A DNA stretch of 64,000 nt from Octopus vulgaris (lineage: Eukaryota), in assembly GCA_951406725.2 (NCBI GenBank), contig OX597823.1:8680001-8744000 (forward strand), read 5' to 3'. Below, piece after piece: positions 27,123 through 41,418 of the stretch; the first letter of the stretch is position 1, and each line of letters begins with the position of its first letter. The notes under the pieces were generated by a model. That model was not told the DNA's origin. It ran no database searches and worked only from the letters and a program-made list of their open reading frames with translations. The position numbers were made by a program, and so were the translations under genes.

Positions 27123-28137
27123 ATGGTGTTTCTTTGTATGTTTATATGTATGTGGGTTTTGTGTAGGTATTTTGTTAGTTGAATTTCTGCATTAATTGAG
27201 CTTCTGCAGTCGCAGTTTTGTTGTAACTATGCCAAGCCTATATTTCTTTGGAAATATTCTCCATTCTCAATATTTAGAAACCGTCCTTAATTTCAATAAA
27301 CCGAACAGAATGTCTTGTCTCAGAAAGTTAAGCAGATAGGGTGGGAGGACTCTACGTGACCAAAGGAATAGTTAAATTGTCACCATTTTATGAAAGAAGA
27401 CCATGAATAATGCTGTTTGGGGTATACTATTCTACTATATAAGAGGGTATTGCTTAACTTCACTTTCTGTTTTCGTTATAAGGACTGAGTGGAGTTCAAC
27501 CAAAAGCAACGACTCCAGCAATCTGATACAATGACAAACAGAACTGTAAAGACTTTGGTTCAGAAAATAGACCTTTAATTGTGAACATGGTGTAGAAACT
27601 GGAATGGAGAAAATAACATATTCTAAACGCACTTTCGTAATGCAAAACATTTCGTTTTCTCAACCGAAAGCTTTCACAGACACATCAAGATTCTCTTGAT
27701 TCCACGCAATACTGACGTATCACAATTTTTCAACTTTATTAAATCTGTTTTACTTATGAAGAGCATCTTAATTTTGTTTGGATTCTAGTGAAATATTTTT
27801 CCTTAAAATCAGTAATTGTGCTTATTTGCATACTTGTCTCATTCAAACCCATTTGTAGTTATTTTATATTCCTAATGGTGATATGAACGAACCTAGGGCA
27901 AAAGAAAAATAGCTAACTTTAAAATTAACACATAAGCAAGAGGAATAATTTGGCTGTGAGTAGTTACAATACATATTGATGAATTCATAAATTTCACAAA
28001 CACAAAACAGTTGTATCCACTGATCAGTTTCGTATCAGTTAAGAGTTGGTTTTTACAGGTCAAATGAAGAGCTTCATATGTTGTCATTCAACCTGCTAGA
28101 AACAGTAAACAAAATTAGTGTAAATCATATTCTATAT

Positions 28138-28535
28138 AGGCGCAGGAGTGGCTGTGTGGTAAGTAGCTTGCTAACCAACCACATGGTTCCGGGTTCAGTC
28201 CCACTGCGCGGCATCTTGGGCAAGTGTCTTCTGCTATAGCCCCGGGCCGACCAATGTCTTGTGAATGGATTTGATAGACGGAAACTGAAAGAAGCCTGTC
28301 GTATATATGTATATATATATATATGTATGTGTGTGTGTATGTCTGTGTTTGTCCCCTTAGCATTGCTTGACAACCGATGCTGGTGTGTTTACGTCCCCGT
28401 CACTTAGCGGTTCGGCAAAAAGTGACCGATAGAATAAGTACTGGGCTTACAGAGAATAAGTCCCGGGGTCGAGTTGCTCGATTAAAGGCGGTGCTCCAGC
28501 ATGGCCGCAGTCAAATGATTGAAACAAGTAAGAGA
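28138..28535 (+). mobile_element. SINE family A
   Basis: Full-length match. Confidence 0.92.
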
Positions 28536-28946
28536 GTATCTTCTGAAAAAGGGAATAGTGGATAATATAGTTTTAGATATACAATGTGTGAAAGGAAGAT
28601 GTGATGGTCTCTGTTAGAAAAGTTTTGGTTATTGCACTGCTTGATAAAGACTGATCTGGACTTAAAGAAGAAGATTATTTCCGTTAGTCTGCTCATTGAC
28701 AATTTGTGTTTCGAATTTGTTTTAATCGATGTATTTTCTGCTAGACTGGATGCAAATGACTGTTGTGAACTCACACCACATGTTTTTATCTTGAGTCCCT
28801 TTCCCTACGCTCCCCCAATTTAAGCTTTCCAAACTCTCATCATTGTTTTACCGTTTTTAGTTCGACTTATCCTTCGCCTCTGAGTGAGTAGTCCATCTAC
28901 AGTGGTAATATAAAACACACAACGAACAAATGAAGGATGAATTATA

Positions 28947-30022
28947 TTAGGTTGTCAAGAAACATCATGCAGAATTTTTATTTCGATTTTAAATTATGTA
29001 TTTTAAAATTAATTTTCGTTAAACTACTTTGACTTTATATATTATTTTAAAGCACGTTCTTTGCTCTATCTAATCGTGTTACTTTCTTTTCTTTTTAAAT
29101 AATTAGGCCATTTTTTCCGGAACGTTGAATACAACATGGACAAAAAGCAAATTCGCAAAATTTTCCTATTCCAGTTCAAGCTAGGCCGAAAAGCTGCTGA
29201 TACAGCTCGCGATATCAACGATAAGTGGTCCAGGAACAACTAATGTACAGCATAATGGTGGTTCAAAAATTTCTTAGCGGTGAGGAGAGCCTTGAAGATG
29301 ATAAGCCCTAGTCCAAGCCAATCCACACACAACTGTTCGAGGGCTTGCTTCTGAATTAGACGTAACGTATGCGACAATTTTCAACCACTTGAAAGATATT
29401 GGAAAAACAAAAATACTTGAGAAATGGGTGCCGCACGAATTGAACGAAAACTAAAAAAGAACACCATTTTGAAGTGTCGTCTTCCATTTTTTTTACGCAA
29501 CAAGAACGACCCGTTTCTCGAACGGATTGTGACTTGCGATGAAAAGTGGATTCTTTACGACAACTGGCAACGCGCAGCTCAGTGGCTGGATGCCGAAGCT
29601 CCACAGCATTTCCCGGAGCCAAAGTTGCACCAAAAGAAGGTCATGGTGACTGATTGGTGGTCTGCCGCCGGTCTCATCTATCACAGCTTTTAGGATCCTG
29701 GCGAAACCATTGCGGTGAAGAAGTACTGTCAGCAAATGGATAAAATGCATAAGAAACTCCGACAACAACAGCCAGCATTGGTCAATAGAAAAAGACCAAT
29801 TCTTCTCCAGGACAACGCTCGACCGCACGTCGCCCAATTGACCCTGCAGAAGTTGAACGAATTGGAGTACGAAACTCTGCCTCATCCGCCATACTCATCA
29901 GACCTCTCGCCTACCGACTATCACTTTTTCAGGCTTCTTGACAAGTTCCTGCATGAGAAATGCTTCAAAAACCAAGACGATGCCAAAAACGCCTTCAACG
30001 ACTTCATCGCCACCAGAACTTC
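28947..30022 (+). mobile_element. Mariner, Hsmar1-like (cecropia subfamily), 3'-truncated, defective
   Basis: TA+TTAGGTTG left end; ATG 29136 MDKKQIRKIFLFQFKLGRKAA; [43 protein letters not shown]. Confidence 0.93.
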
Positions 30023-30760
30023 TGCTGGGTTTATCTTATTTCCAAATAATTCTCTCAAACTTGCACATCTCTCTTCTGCAATTACAATCGCCTTGGTGTT
30101 CTCTGGATAACATTCTGCTGCTGTTAACTTCACTCTCAATACCGATTTCGTTTTCGTTATTTTCTTTTCAATTTCCGTGAATTTCGAATATGTCACCATA
30201 TGCCATTTCTTTTTTTTTGTTACTTGTTCCTGTTTTTCCACCTGGGTTTCTACGTTGGTTTCCCTTGTTGATATTGTTAGAAGCTTCTCTGTCTCTTCCT
30301 GTTTATTTTCTTTCCTTTTCTTTAGTGAACACTTTGGTGGTGAGTCCACGTTTTCCTTCCTTTACATTTTCCTATTTACCACCTTATACTTCTCATCCAC
30401 CCTCTTTAAAAACTTCTCACACACTGGGGTTACCACTTCAGCATTTTTCTCCTGCTCGTTACCCTGTTGCTGCTGTTCCTGTTCACCTTTCTCGTCATTC
30501 TGGGGACACCTTGCTCTCATGTGTCCCCTTACTTGACACTGGTAACAGGTTGGAGGTCTTCCATTCACCACTACTCTTAATCTCACTTCCTCCAGCAGTA
30601 TCACCTCTTCCGCCACCTCAAGACCATATCCACAGCAGTTTTCCTCTTTCGTTCTCTCTACTTTTAAAATGTTTGCTTTCTCCGTCATATTATACCTAAT
30701 GGCTGCCACCAGCCACGTCTCTTCAGTTTTTCCATCATCAAAATTATTCACAGTACGAAT
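30023..30760 (-). mobile_element. L1/Tx1-type ORF1 fragment with CCHC zinc knuckle
   Basis: ORF 30362-30751(-) VVVNGRPPTCYQCQVRGHMRARCP, followed by a K/E-rich region. Confidence 0.7.
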
Positions 30761-31007
30761 TCACAATTGCTCAAACTAGATGTAGAAGTATACATACAGA
30801 AAGCGATATATATCAGTTCCTCTAAAAGACCTATAAGTCTCTTTTTCTAAGTCAGAAATCCTTCTTCAGTTACTTCTGTGTTGAAAATGCGTCGTACGAG
30901 TTTAATACGGAGAAATATTGTTTATTCTATATCAATGCCGGTTTCAATGTCATCATTGCTTGTTCGGATGTGTTCAGCTTTTCTTAGCATTATAGGAAGG
31001 GAACCGT

Positions 31008-31457
31008 TACTCTCTTTTACTCTTTACTCTTTTACTCTTTTACTTGCTTCAGTCATTTGACTGCGGCCATGCTGGAGCACCGCCTTTAGTCGTGCAAATC
31101 GACTCCGGGACTTATTCTTTGTAAGCCCAGTACTTATTCTATCGGTCTCTTTTGCCGAACCGCTAAGTGACGGTTTTGCTGAACCGCTAAGTGACGGCGA
31201 CGTAAACACACCAGCATCTGTTGTCAAGCAATGCTAGGGAGACAAACACAGACACACAAACACACCGACATACATATGTATATATATATATATACATATA
31301 TACGACAGGCTTCTTTCAGTTTCCGTCTACCAAATCCACTCACAAGGCATTGGTCGGCCCGGGGCTATAGCAGAAGACACTTGCCCAAGATGCCACGCAG
31401 TGGGACTGAACCCGGAACCATGTGGTTGGTTAGCAAGCTACCTACCATACAGCCACT
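31008..31457 (-). mobile_element. SINE family A with 24-bp internal tandem duplication
   Basis: Reverse-complement match; TTTTGC(C/T)GAACCGCTAAGTGACGG twice at ~31150-31197; (AAAGAGTA)n tail. Confidence 0.9.
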
Positions 31458-31959
31458 GTGTACAATGTGTTTAAACAGTATATTGTAACTTCACGTATTT
31501 CTAAAGGCTACTGTTAATCAGAATTCTTGTTATCTTTCTAATAGTTTCGTTAGATAACTGACAATAATTACATAAGTAGTACTTTAATAAGAGAAGTAAT
31601 TGGACTAAAGCATGTATTTGTGTTAAATATTCGAGATGGATGGACTACTCTACTTATCCTTACCCTGGCCACACGTTTGCCAAAGTAAGTGGGCAGAAGT
31701 ACACATTCTGGTGTTCTTAGCGCCACAGTGCCGTGGTCTATCGCTTCTTACTCTCTATTGAACCTTACCTCCATTGTGCCGTATATTTTCCCTCTGGTAT
31801 AACATATTGTAATGTTCTTTATCTCCTCCAAACACCCTTCTATAGCTTCCACAGTAGCTATTTCAATTGTTTTCGTTGCCGTGGACAACGGTCTATAGAC
31901 TACTGTCTGCTTAGTTACGCTCACTATGCCTAGAATAGAAAAGAATATTCACAGGACAT

Positions 31960-32488
31960 AAGACCTGAGTCCATCACGTTGAGCCAGAATCCAAAAGGCA
32001 GAGTATGGAGCGGAAAAACCTGGGATTTCCAGCAAAAAAGGGATTGAAGACTTAACTTTCCGCAGAATTAAAGATTCTAACCAATTTGTACGAAGCAAAC
32101 ATAGTGTACTGGAATGTTACTTGTAAAAGTAGGCTACAGTCATCAATGTTGGCCAACTAGAACCAGCAATTCGAGCACAAAAGCCAAGGTCTGTTGTGAA
32201 AGTAAGTATTTTAGTTGGACGGCAATGCACGCCTACATACAGCACCCACACCGTTGAAACCATTGAAAAATTTGCTGTGACTCCCTCATTCAGTCCAGGT
32301 CTCGCTCCTGTAGGACTCCCTGTATGAATGGCCTCACGAGCAGCCAAAAGACCTCCTTCTCTCATGGAATAAGTAAGCTTATGGACTGCTGGGAGAAGTG
32401 CATTGAAAAGCAACGTGACTAAGTCGAAAAGCGATGTTATTGTTGAACCGCAGCATTTGCTTCAATAATTTACAGAAAGAGGAGTGAG

Positions 32489-32490
<2 letters not shown>
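31960..32490 (+). mobile_element. Decayed mariner transposase remnant
   Basis: VHHVEPESKRQSME, PSFSPGLAP, GISKLMDCWEKCIEKQRD*VEK (mariner C-terminus). Confidence 0.7.
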
Positions 32491-32585
<95 letters not shown>

Positions 32586-33334
32586 TGAGTGTGTGTGTGT
32601 GTTTATATGTGTGTGTGTGCGCGTGTATAAATGTAAAGAAACTAATATTTTATTTTATTAGAAGCGTCGAAATGTCCCACGGCTGGTTATTGGCGAAGTC
32701 TTCCTCCTTGCATTGGTAATTTACTCAGTATTTCTGCTGTTCTAACAACAACTCTGCGTTCGAAAAAAACATTATCTTATTTGTATCATATATGGTTTGT
32801 GGGGCGGATGTTTGTGTGTGCGTGTATGAGTTTAACAAAATGTCCATATTTCTAAGCCGTTGCTTTAAATCCGCCTCGTATAAAAATTACGAAAACTATA
32901 CTAAAACTGTGTATAAATATTCTACAAAATAATTTATTATGCGTCCATGAGGTATGGAAGTAAACTTAGAGAATTTGATATCGATTTCTGGTATCGTATC
33001 ATACTTTACAAGCTATAGAATCTAAGGTCATGACATGCAGAAGAACGTATCAAATACCACGGCTTACGGGGTCAGCGATACGTATAGCACATTAATACAG
33101 TCATTGACTTAGTAGCCGATTCATATGATGTCGAGTACTCATGCATAATCATTTTGTCAGTTTCTGTCAGAAGATGAGCGAAATCACAATATTGATCATG
33201 CATCAATCTCTGTTGCTCTCTCTTATTCTCTCTCTACCTCTCTAGATATAGCATTCTTTCAGATTTTTGTGAAGTGTCTCTCTTTATGTACATTCATTCC
33301 CAATGTTTTACAATTAACTCAGCACCCTAATTTC

Positions 33335-33412
<78 letters not shown>

Positions 33413-33429
33413 CGCGCGCACACACATTC

Positions 33430-33722
33430 TTCTTTCTTTTATCCTTTAACCTGTATCAGTCATTTAACTGCGGCCATGCTGGAACACCGTAAACACCAAG
33501 GTCAGTTTTCAAGTGATTGTGGGGGACAAACACAGATACACAAATACACGAACACACACACACACGACGGGCTTGTTTCAGTTTCCGTCTACCAACTCCA
33601 CTCAAAAGGCTTTGGTCGGCCCCACGCTATAGTAGAAGACATTTGCTCAAGGTGCCACACAGTGGGACTGATCAAGGAACGATGTGGTTTGGAAGGAAGC
33701 TTCTTATCACATAACCACTCCT
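33430..33722 (-). mobile_element. SINE family A, deleted/diverged
   Basis: Reverse-complement match to head and tail. Confidence 0.75.
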
Positions 33723-33781
33723 GCTTGCTTTTATGTTAGTTGTAATACAAAACAATTTTACATTAATCTCATGTATTATAC

Positions 33782-36295
33782 CAGCGGTTCTCAAACCGTG
33801 CGCCGCGAGATGTAATTAGGTGCGCCTCGAAAAAGGAAAATTATACAAACCGAAATTAACTAGAAAGTTCATAGATAAATGTGAAAGTGACAAAAAACTA
33901 AATACTAAATGGTTGTGTCATTCAATTCAATTATGAATCTGAAATTTCATAAGGATAAGAACTCAATTAGCATCAATCTATCCTCGAAATTGACGTCTTA
34001 TTTACATATTCAGTGCACCAATATGTTTCCGTTTATTTCGGTCGTAGCCTCAGCAATTTTCATTTCAATAATATATGTGAAAAATAAACTATGGAACTAA
34101 AATATACGATGTTGAAATAAATCTTTTAATACGCCCTCACATTTAGCGGCGGCTGTATTTCAATTTTTTTTTCATTCACACAGTGGCGGGAACTTTCCTA
34201 TTTTCAATTAATTTTGAAAGACTTCTCAAAAGAGTCCGATAATATGTGACACGCTGCCATTTTTCACAGCTCACTAACCACTCGTCTCAGTCTCAGTTTG
34301 ACTCTGTTAGTAATCTGTGCTCTTTGTGCGAGACAATTCATATTAACAGACTAAATTACCCATAAAATGGAGAAGTTTATTTAGAGAAAACAACCGTGAC
34401 GATTATGAATCTGAAAGTGAACGTTCGTCAAAAGCAAATAGGCATAGTGATAAAAGTGTGGAAGCTCGACCCAATCGTAAATATTGCAATAGCTATTTAA
34501 AGTTTGGGTTTCATTGGAATGGCAACGAGCATCAACCTGTTCTGCTGTGTGTTTGTGGAGAAGATATGCCTAACGAAGGCAACTAAACATTCACATCCTG
34601 AATGGAAAGATCTGAATTCTTTCCAAAGCCTGCTAGAACAGCAATCTAAACAAAGAAACTATTTTGAAAAAAGGATGAGCGCTTCTGAAAAGGCACAAAT
34701 CGCGTCTATTCAAATAACCGAAATAATTGCACTACAAACGAAATCGCAGATTTTAGCCGAGTCGATCATCTTATCCGCTTGTAGAAAATGGTTAAAGCCA
34801 TCTTAGGTGATAAAGCCGAGCAAGAAATAAGCAGGATTCCGCTCTCAAATAATACAAATCATTGGAGAAGAGGAAAATGTACAGAACAAACTTCAGAACT
34901 CAGAATTTGCTCTACAGGTTGTCGAATAATCTGACATTAGTAACAAAGCACAATTACTTACATTTATTCGCTTTATTGATGGTAACCAAATCATAAATCA
35001 GTTCTTTTGATGCAAATAAATGCCACTCACTACAAGAGGCCAAGATATCTTTGACATTTTATCTGCCTACTTCGAAAAATAGAAATTATTCCGGAATTCA
35101 TGTGTTGGAATATGTATCGATGGAACACCATCAATGACAGGCTCTATTAAAGGTTTTGTATCGCTTGTACAACAGCAAAACCCTAATGCTATACGTACTC
35201 ATTGATTCCTACATAGGGAGGTACTAGTTTCAAAAACAATACCAGTGGAGTAAAAGCAAGTATTATACCAAGTTGTTGAAATGGTTAATTTTATTAAAAG
35301 TAGGCCGTTGAAGGGTTGCTTATTTGAACAAATTTATGTTAATTTCGATCCGCAGCACAAGCATTTACTTTAACACACAGATGGCTCTCAAAAGGTAAGG
35401 TGCTATGTTGCTTATATGAACCCCGGAAGGAATTGCATGCATTTTTAAAGAAGAAAAAGATAAATGTGAATTTTAGAATGTTTCTAAGCTGGAATATTTA
35501 GCAGAGATATTTGCACAACTTAAAAGCGTCAACGCAAGTATGCAAAGTAGAAATGAACGCATTCTCATTTCGACAGATAAGCTGGTTTCATTAAAAAAGT
35601 AAGTTGCAATTTGGAAACAATAGAGCTGAAGGTGCTAACTTGGAAATGTTTCCCTTAAAACGTAGCAGCTGGATAAAAGAAATGACTCCTATTGTATTTG
35701 AAAATTTGACAAGTCTGGAAGAAAAAATAAACTTTTATCTTCTGTCATTGAACACAGTCTGAAAATATTTGAAGAAGAGGAATTGACATCTATATCCAAT
35801 GATCACGGATTTAAAATCAAGTATGCTTTGCTGAGTTAATTATTGATACTCTTTGGATTACAATTATCGGAGAATACACCTCAGTAGCAAAAAGAAAAAA
35901 CCCCAAAAGCTTTATCCGTTTTGATGCAGTTTTCCACACTTTATTCATGTGATTTGGGATATTAACATTAAATCCAAACAAAAGAGAGAGGCTCCGTTGC
36001 GTCGAAGAAGAAATAAGGGTTTGTCTTTCTCAAATACATCCCAAGAAAGGAAACGTCCTCCCCCCCAATCAAGCGTGTGTTTCTCATTGATAACTTTGCT
36101 TCATATATTGAATAAAGAGTAAGAGTAGGCCCTTTTTCTGTATTTTTAATTATTTCTATATCTCTTTATAGTTTATACAATACTAATATGTATAAAACCC
36201 CTTTTGAATAAATTTTAGAATTTATGTACAAAGTACGCCTAAAATATTTTAAGTTTTTGTAATATGCACCGTGAGTGAAAGTTTGGGAGCCACTG
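33782..36295 (+). mobile_element. hAT transposon, Buster/Charlie type, both ends present, pseudogenised transposase
   Basis: TIRs CAGCGGTTCTCAAAC / GTTTGGGAGCCACTG; RKYCNSYLKFGF (BED-type N-terminus), CIDGTPSMTG, H*FLHREVL, RWLSKGK; TSD not clean. Confidence 0.9.
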
Positions 36296-36712
36296 TGGTT
36301 AGACTAAGCTGTTGAAGAGTACAAATTCACTATTCTTACACAAGAATATTGTTGACAGTGATTTAGAAGTTTCGGCCTGCGAAGCCATGCTCGGAACAAC
36401 ACACACACGCACACACACACACACGCCCACACCCACACACACACACCCACCCACACACACACACACACATGCTGGAAGTTAAATTTCCTTTTCATTTTTA
36501 CGAAGCCGATAAAGAGAAGAATGCAGGAAATATGAGAATACTGCCAATGCTTACCAGCCTCTTCAATGTGGTCATCAGCCCATCTTTGAGTGTTTTCTTC
36601 ACCCCACCAGCAATGACAATGATGTAGCAAGCCTTAGCTGATCCCACTGGAGGAATGCGATTCAGACATGTGCATTATTTATCCAAGCCATCTCACTTGA
36701 AATTAGCATAGT

Positions 36713-37097
36713 GGAGTGGAAGCACTCCGTCGGTTACGACGACGAGGGTTCCGGTTGATCCGATCAACGGAACAGCCTGCTCGTGAAATTAACGTGTAAG
36801 TGGCTGAGCACTCCACAGACAAGTGTACCCTTAACGCAGTTCTCGGGGATATTCAGCGTGACACAGAGAGTGACAAGGCTGGCCCTTTGAAATACAGATA
36901 CAACAGAAACAGGAAGTAAGAGTGAAAGAAAGTTGTGGTGAAAGAGTACAGCAGGGATCACCACCATCCCTGCCGGAGCCTCGTGGAGCTTTAGGTATTT
37001 TCGCTCAATAAGCACTCACAACGCCCGGTCTGGGAATCAAAACTGCGATCCTACGACCGCGAGTCCGCTGCGCTAACCACTGGGCCATTGCGCCTCC
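36713..37097 (-). mobile_element. SINE family B (long tail)
   Basis: Match to 3499-3888; 11-bp TSD ATTAGCATAGT at 36702-36712 and 37098-37108. Confidence 0.92.
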
Positions 37098-37307
37098 ATT
37101 AGCATAGTAGAATGTATTCGACATTGCTTCAGTTCGTTTGACTGAAACGTCTTCAGTTTCCTCCGAGATAGGATATATGAATGTATGTACATACAAACGT
37201 ACGTATTTTGTCAAGTATGCATATATGTATAGACTCAAACATACACACATACACAAATAATATACATAACATATATATGCATAATATTCATACGTATTAA
37301 TATAATG

Positions 37308-37672
37308 TTGGCAGTGTGGTAAGTAGCTTGTTTTCCAACCACGTGGTTCCGGGTTCAGTCCCACTGTGCAGCACCACGGGCTGACCAAAGCCTCGTGAGT
37401 GGATATGGTAGATGGAAACTGAAAGACGCCCATCGTATATATATGTATATATATGTACATGAGCGTCTTTATGTTTGTGTTTGTCCCCCACCATCGCTTG
37501 ACAACCTATGTTGGTGTGTTTACGTCCCCGTAACTTAGTAATTCGGCCGAAGAATCGATAGAACAAGTACCGGACTTACATAGGTAAGCCCAGGAGTCAA
37601 TTTCTTCGACTAAAAGGCGGTGCCCCTGCATGTCCCAATCAAATGACTGAAACAAGTAAAAGAATAAAAGAA
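37308..37672 (+). mobile_element. SINE family A, diverged
   Basis: Head, core deletion and tail recognisable. Confidence 0.82.
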
Positions 37673-37673
37673 T

Positions 37674-37762
<89 letters not shown>

Positions 37763-38120
37763 TGTGTGATGATCTATACAGACACACATATAAATGTATA
37801 TTTGTACACACACACACATGCGCAAATATATTTATCTATACATATATAAGAGTGTTTAATGATTAATACAAAAGAAGACGACCCGTGACAGGACCTCTTG
37901 CATGCTAAAAAGGGCTGTTAAACCCAAACCACGAAAAAATAATTCTAAGAGCACGCCGATAATGGCACTAGAATGAGAGGAATTGTTATTTTTAGTTAAT
38001 CCCATACTCAAGTTTCCCTATTAACGAGCAAATAAATTAATTTGTCATTCGTAGTTCATCATTAAGTCGCTAAAATAATGCATAATTTTGTAGCTTAACA
38101 CGTGTGAGCTGCATCCTTAT

Positions 38121-38423
38121 CACCGTGACCGACCAGGCTATCAGATGTTGCTACACATCACTGGTCACAATGCGCTTCGCATTGTTTTAACCTTCAAATG
38201 ACGCCACCCATCTGGCTAAGCGAGCAGGCCAACAGAAGAAAGAGTGAGAGAAAGTTGTGGCGAAAGAGTACAGCAGGGTTCGCCACCACCCCCTGCCGGA
38301 GCCTCGTGGAGCTTTAGGTGTTCTCGCTCAATAAACACTCACAACGCCCGATCTGGGAATCGAAACCGCGATCCTCCGACCGCGAGTCCGCTGCCCTAAC
38401 CACTGGGCCATTGCGCCTCCACC
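38121..38423 (-). mobile_element. SINE family B variant with a different, shorter 3' tail
   Basis: Same tRNA head/body as 3499-3888 but an unrelated tail (...GATAGCCTGGTCGGTCACGGTG); 9-bp TSD CATCCTTAT at 38112-38120 and 38424-38432. Confidence 0.9.
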
Positions 38424-39919
38424 CATCCTTATACATTATGGATTTAAATCAAGCGTGTAAGCAAATTCACATAGCCAACGACAAATAATAAATTTTAAAA
38501 CTGCGTATTATTAGCCCAAGAATTAGGAAATTTTATTGTGTAAATCATAAGGGTAAATACGTGTATACATACACACATATGTATTGTAATTATCCATTTA
38601 AAATCAGTGGGAGAATAAACATTTTTATTCAATACAAATTACTTAGTACTATAGAAATATTTGCGTAGATGATGACATTCACAAAATTCATGATAATTAA
38701 AGAATTAGTCTGAGTGCATTAAAATGGTGAGAAATAATACTGATTTTCTGTGATTCTGAAGGGCAAGGTAAGATTGGTTAATAGAAAAGTATCAAATGGC
38801 TGGTCAGTTTCACGTGGAACAATCCGGTATGTAAAAACATCTGAGTTGGGAAAATAAGGGATAGTAGCAAATATAAGATGAGGATAGTTCTTTACCTTGC
38901 GGAGGGGTAATTATAGAGAGGTATGGTTTAAAATGAAATGAATATTGAAGGGTTGTCAAACATCAATGCTAGTGGGCAACGAAAAGAAAAGTGGGGTGCA
39001 AAGCACATGAGGGGAAGAAGTTAACATGAAATAGCATATTTTGATTGAACATGATAACATATCTCCAAATCCTAGAACCAACAAAATATAATTTTCCAAA
39101 AATATACCGATTCTGACACCATCACTGGTGTTCTAGAGCCGCTATCCCGGTAACTACATCATTATCCTCATCGTTGTCGTTATCATAGTGATCATCGTCG
39201 TCGTCGTCGTCCTCATCATCATCAGTATCATCATCATATCATGATATTTAAAAAGCAACCAAAATCAAATAACAAATGGCGATATATATTTAACAGCAAA
39301 AAACAACACTTAAAAGTTATCTGTGAGAAACGATTTCAAATTTTAGGACAACAATTGAATTTTCAACACGGACAAACTTTCAAATTAGACTGATTTTAAC
39401 AGTGCTTCCTGTAATCCTGTTTACATTACAATATGTACAGTATCTAAAGAAAATTATACGAGATAGTCTGAATGAAATTCAGAAAATTAGAAACACTACA
39501 TTGAGAGGGAATTGGATTTAAATGATAAAGAATACATGCTTTCGCGAATAAATTTATACATGTGTTGATAGTCATCAACAAAATTAAAAGTTTTTCCATT
39601 ATATCATTTAAAAATATTAAACATATTTATTACCTTTTATGACACTATTAACAACATTGTTTTATCATCTCCCCTGATACTGGCTGCAACATATTATGAA
39701 ATTATACGAAGATCATTAATGTGAAATAGGTTGTATATGAACTGTCCGTTTTACTCGGAACATTATCCATAAGACTTCTATTTTCTCCTGTGTTCTTAAT
39801 ATAATTTGACTATAAAATTCTCGATTTTTCCACTATATATATATGTGTGTGTGTGTGTGTATGTATGTGCGTGTGTGTGTACATGTGTGTGTGTGCTTCA
39901 CTACACTATTAGATTAATC

Positions 39920-41286
39920 AATGCAGCTGAGTCGGACATAATTAAGATTACCAAGAAGCTTTTAGAGTAACTTTCATAATTAAACGGCAAATTCAACTTA
40001 GCGAGTTGATCATTACAACGGAGATGATGAGGTGGATTAGAGGCGTAGAGAATAAAACTCGCACAAGATTTATCTAGTTCGATATAGATGATTAATATAT
40101 CTCCATCACATTCTACAAAGTTAACAATACCACCTACATTGACTATAGTCAAAGTGCAATAATCTTGCATGTTATAAAGGCCATCGTTAACTTTGATAAA
40201 TCATTGTTGACTAGGAAATCGCCACACACTCCCTTTGCTCCAATTATGGGGTTAAGTGATTCCGCTGAGGTTACTGACTTGATTGAACTATAGATATATC
40301 CTCCTTATCATAAAACATAAATTCCAAATATTCGGAGAAAAGTATTGTCTGGTAACCACAACCAACTTCGGATTGTAGACCGTTTCACAGAAGACTTCCA
40401 CGAATTCTTTAGAGAACTTGTGCTTAGGATTTCTGCATAATCTAGCGTTGGGGTACTAAGCTTCTTGAATGTGACACCTGAATTAGTTAATGGCCTATAC
40501 TATTCCAAAAAGGAGCCTAATAAGTCACTCCAATACATTAGTATATTCAAACTATCAAAGGAAATGATGAGAACCATAGTCAATGATATTTCTGTAAATT
40601 CAGAATATTTTCAATACGAATGCTCTCAAAAGTAATCAAGAAATAAATAATCGATATATTGATAAAATCTATCATAATTTATTATAATATATTTGAGAAT
40701 ACATAGAGAAAATTGTAACTTGAATAGATACAGAAATTTGAAACAAAAAGAAGTAGGAGAGTTACCTGGTACAACACACCACACAACTGGCAAACCTGTA
40801 CAGCTGTAACTGAAGTACTTTTTTCTTATAAGGTACAGTCTTCTTTAGAAAACATGCGTACAGTAAGATCTTTAATACAAATACTTTCAAACTATATTAT
40901 TCTGCCACCTTTGTGCTATAGCACAAGACATAGCTTTTATAAATGCCAACGACATTAATACATCGAAGAATAAAAATGGGGTCTGTATATTCTCACCTAT
41001 ATACAATGTTTATATGGTAATGTGTGTTGACCTGAATACAAACCCAATGGAAGCTACCCTTCCTTTCAAGCAGGTGTCTGTATACGAAAAATAAAATTTG
41101 CACGTGTAACAAGTAGTTACACGAAACTTAAGTTAACTGTTGCTTCCAGATAAATAAATACACACACACATAAAGAGTCACACATGTTTATATATATTGT
41201 TGAGCAATAAGATCACCGATTGTTTCTTTTCTATTATTGTTTCTGTGAACATAAGCAGAGTTTCATGAATGAAATGATTACTTTTC

Positions 41287-41290
<4 letters not shown>
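39920..41290 (+). pseudogene. Decayed Penelope-like element RT/GIY-YIG ORF (Naiad-type)
   Basis: Frame from 40021: RWIRGVENKTRTRFI*FDIDD*YISIT...IILH...PFAPIMGLSDSAEVTDLIEL*I (cf. FI.FDI..FYPSI, FDVTMGS.DGAEVCELVGLY); later RVTWYNTPHN (WFNPP) and KIFNTNTFKLYYS. Confidence 0.8.
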
Positions 41291-41339
<49 letters not shown>

Positions 41340-41361
41340 ACTATCGACATACCTACTATTC

Positions 41362-41418
<57 letters not shown>

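Noticed and set aside
29493-29885. 130-aa minus-strand ORF
   Set aside because: Antisense shadow of the mariner transposase
40075-40095. In-frame stops in the Naiad-type RT as possible selenocysteine recoding
   Set aside because: The stops are TAG and TAA, not TGA, and the ORF has frameshifts: simple decay
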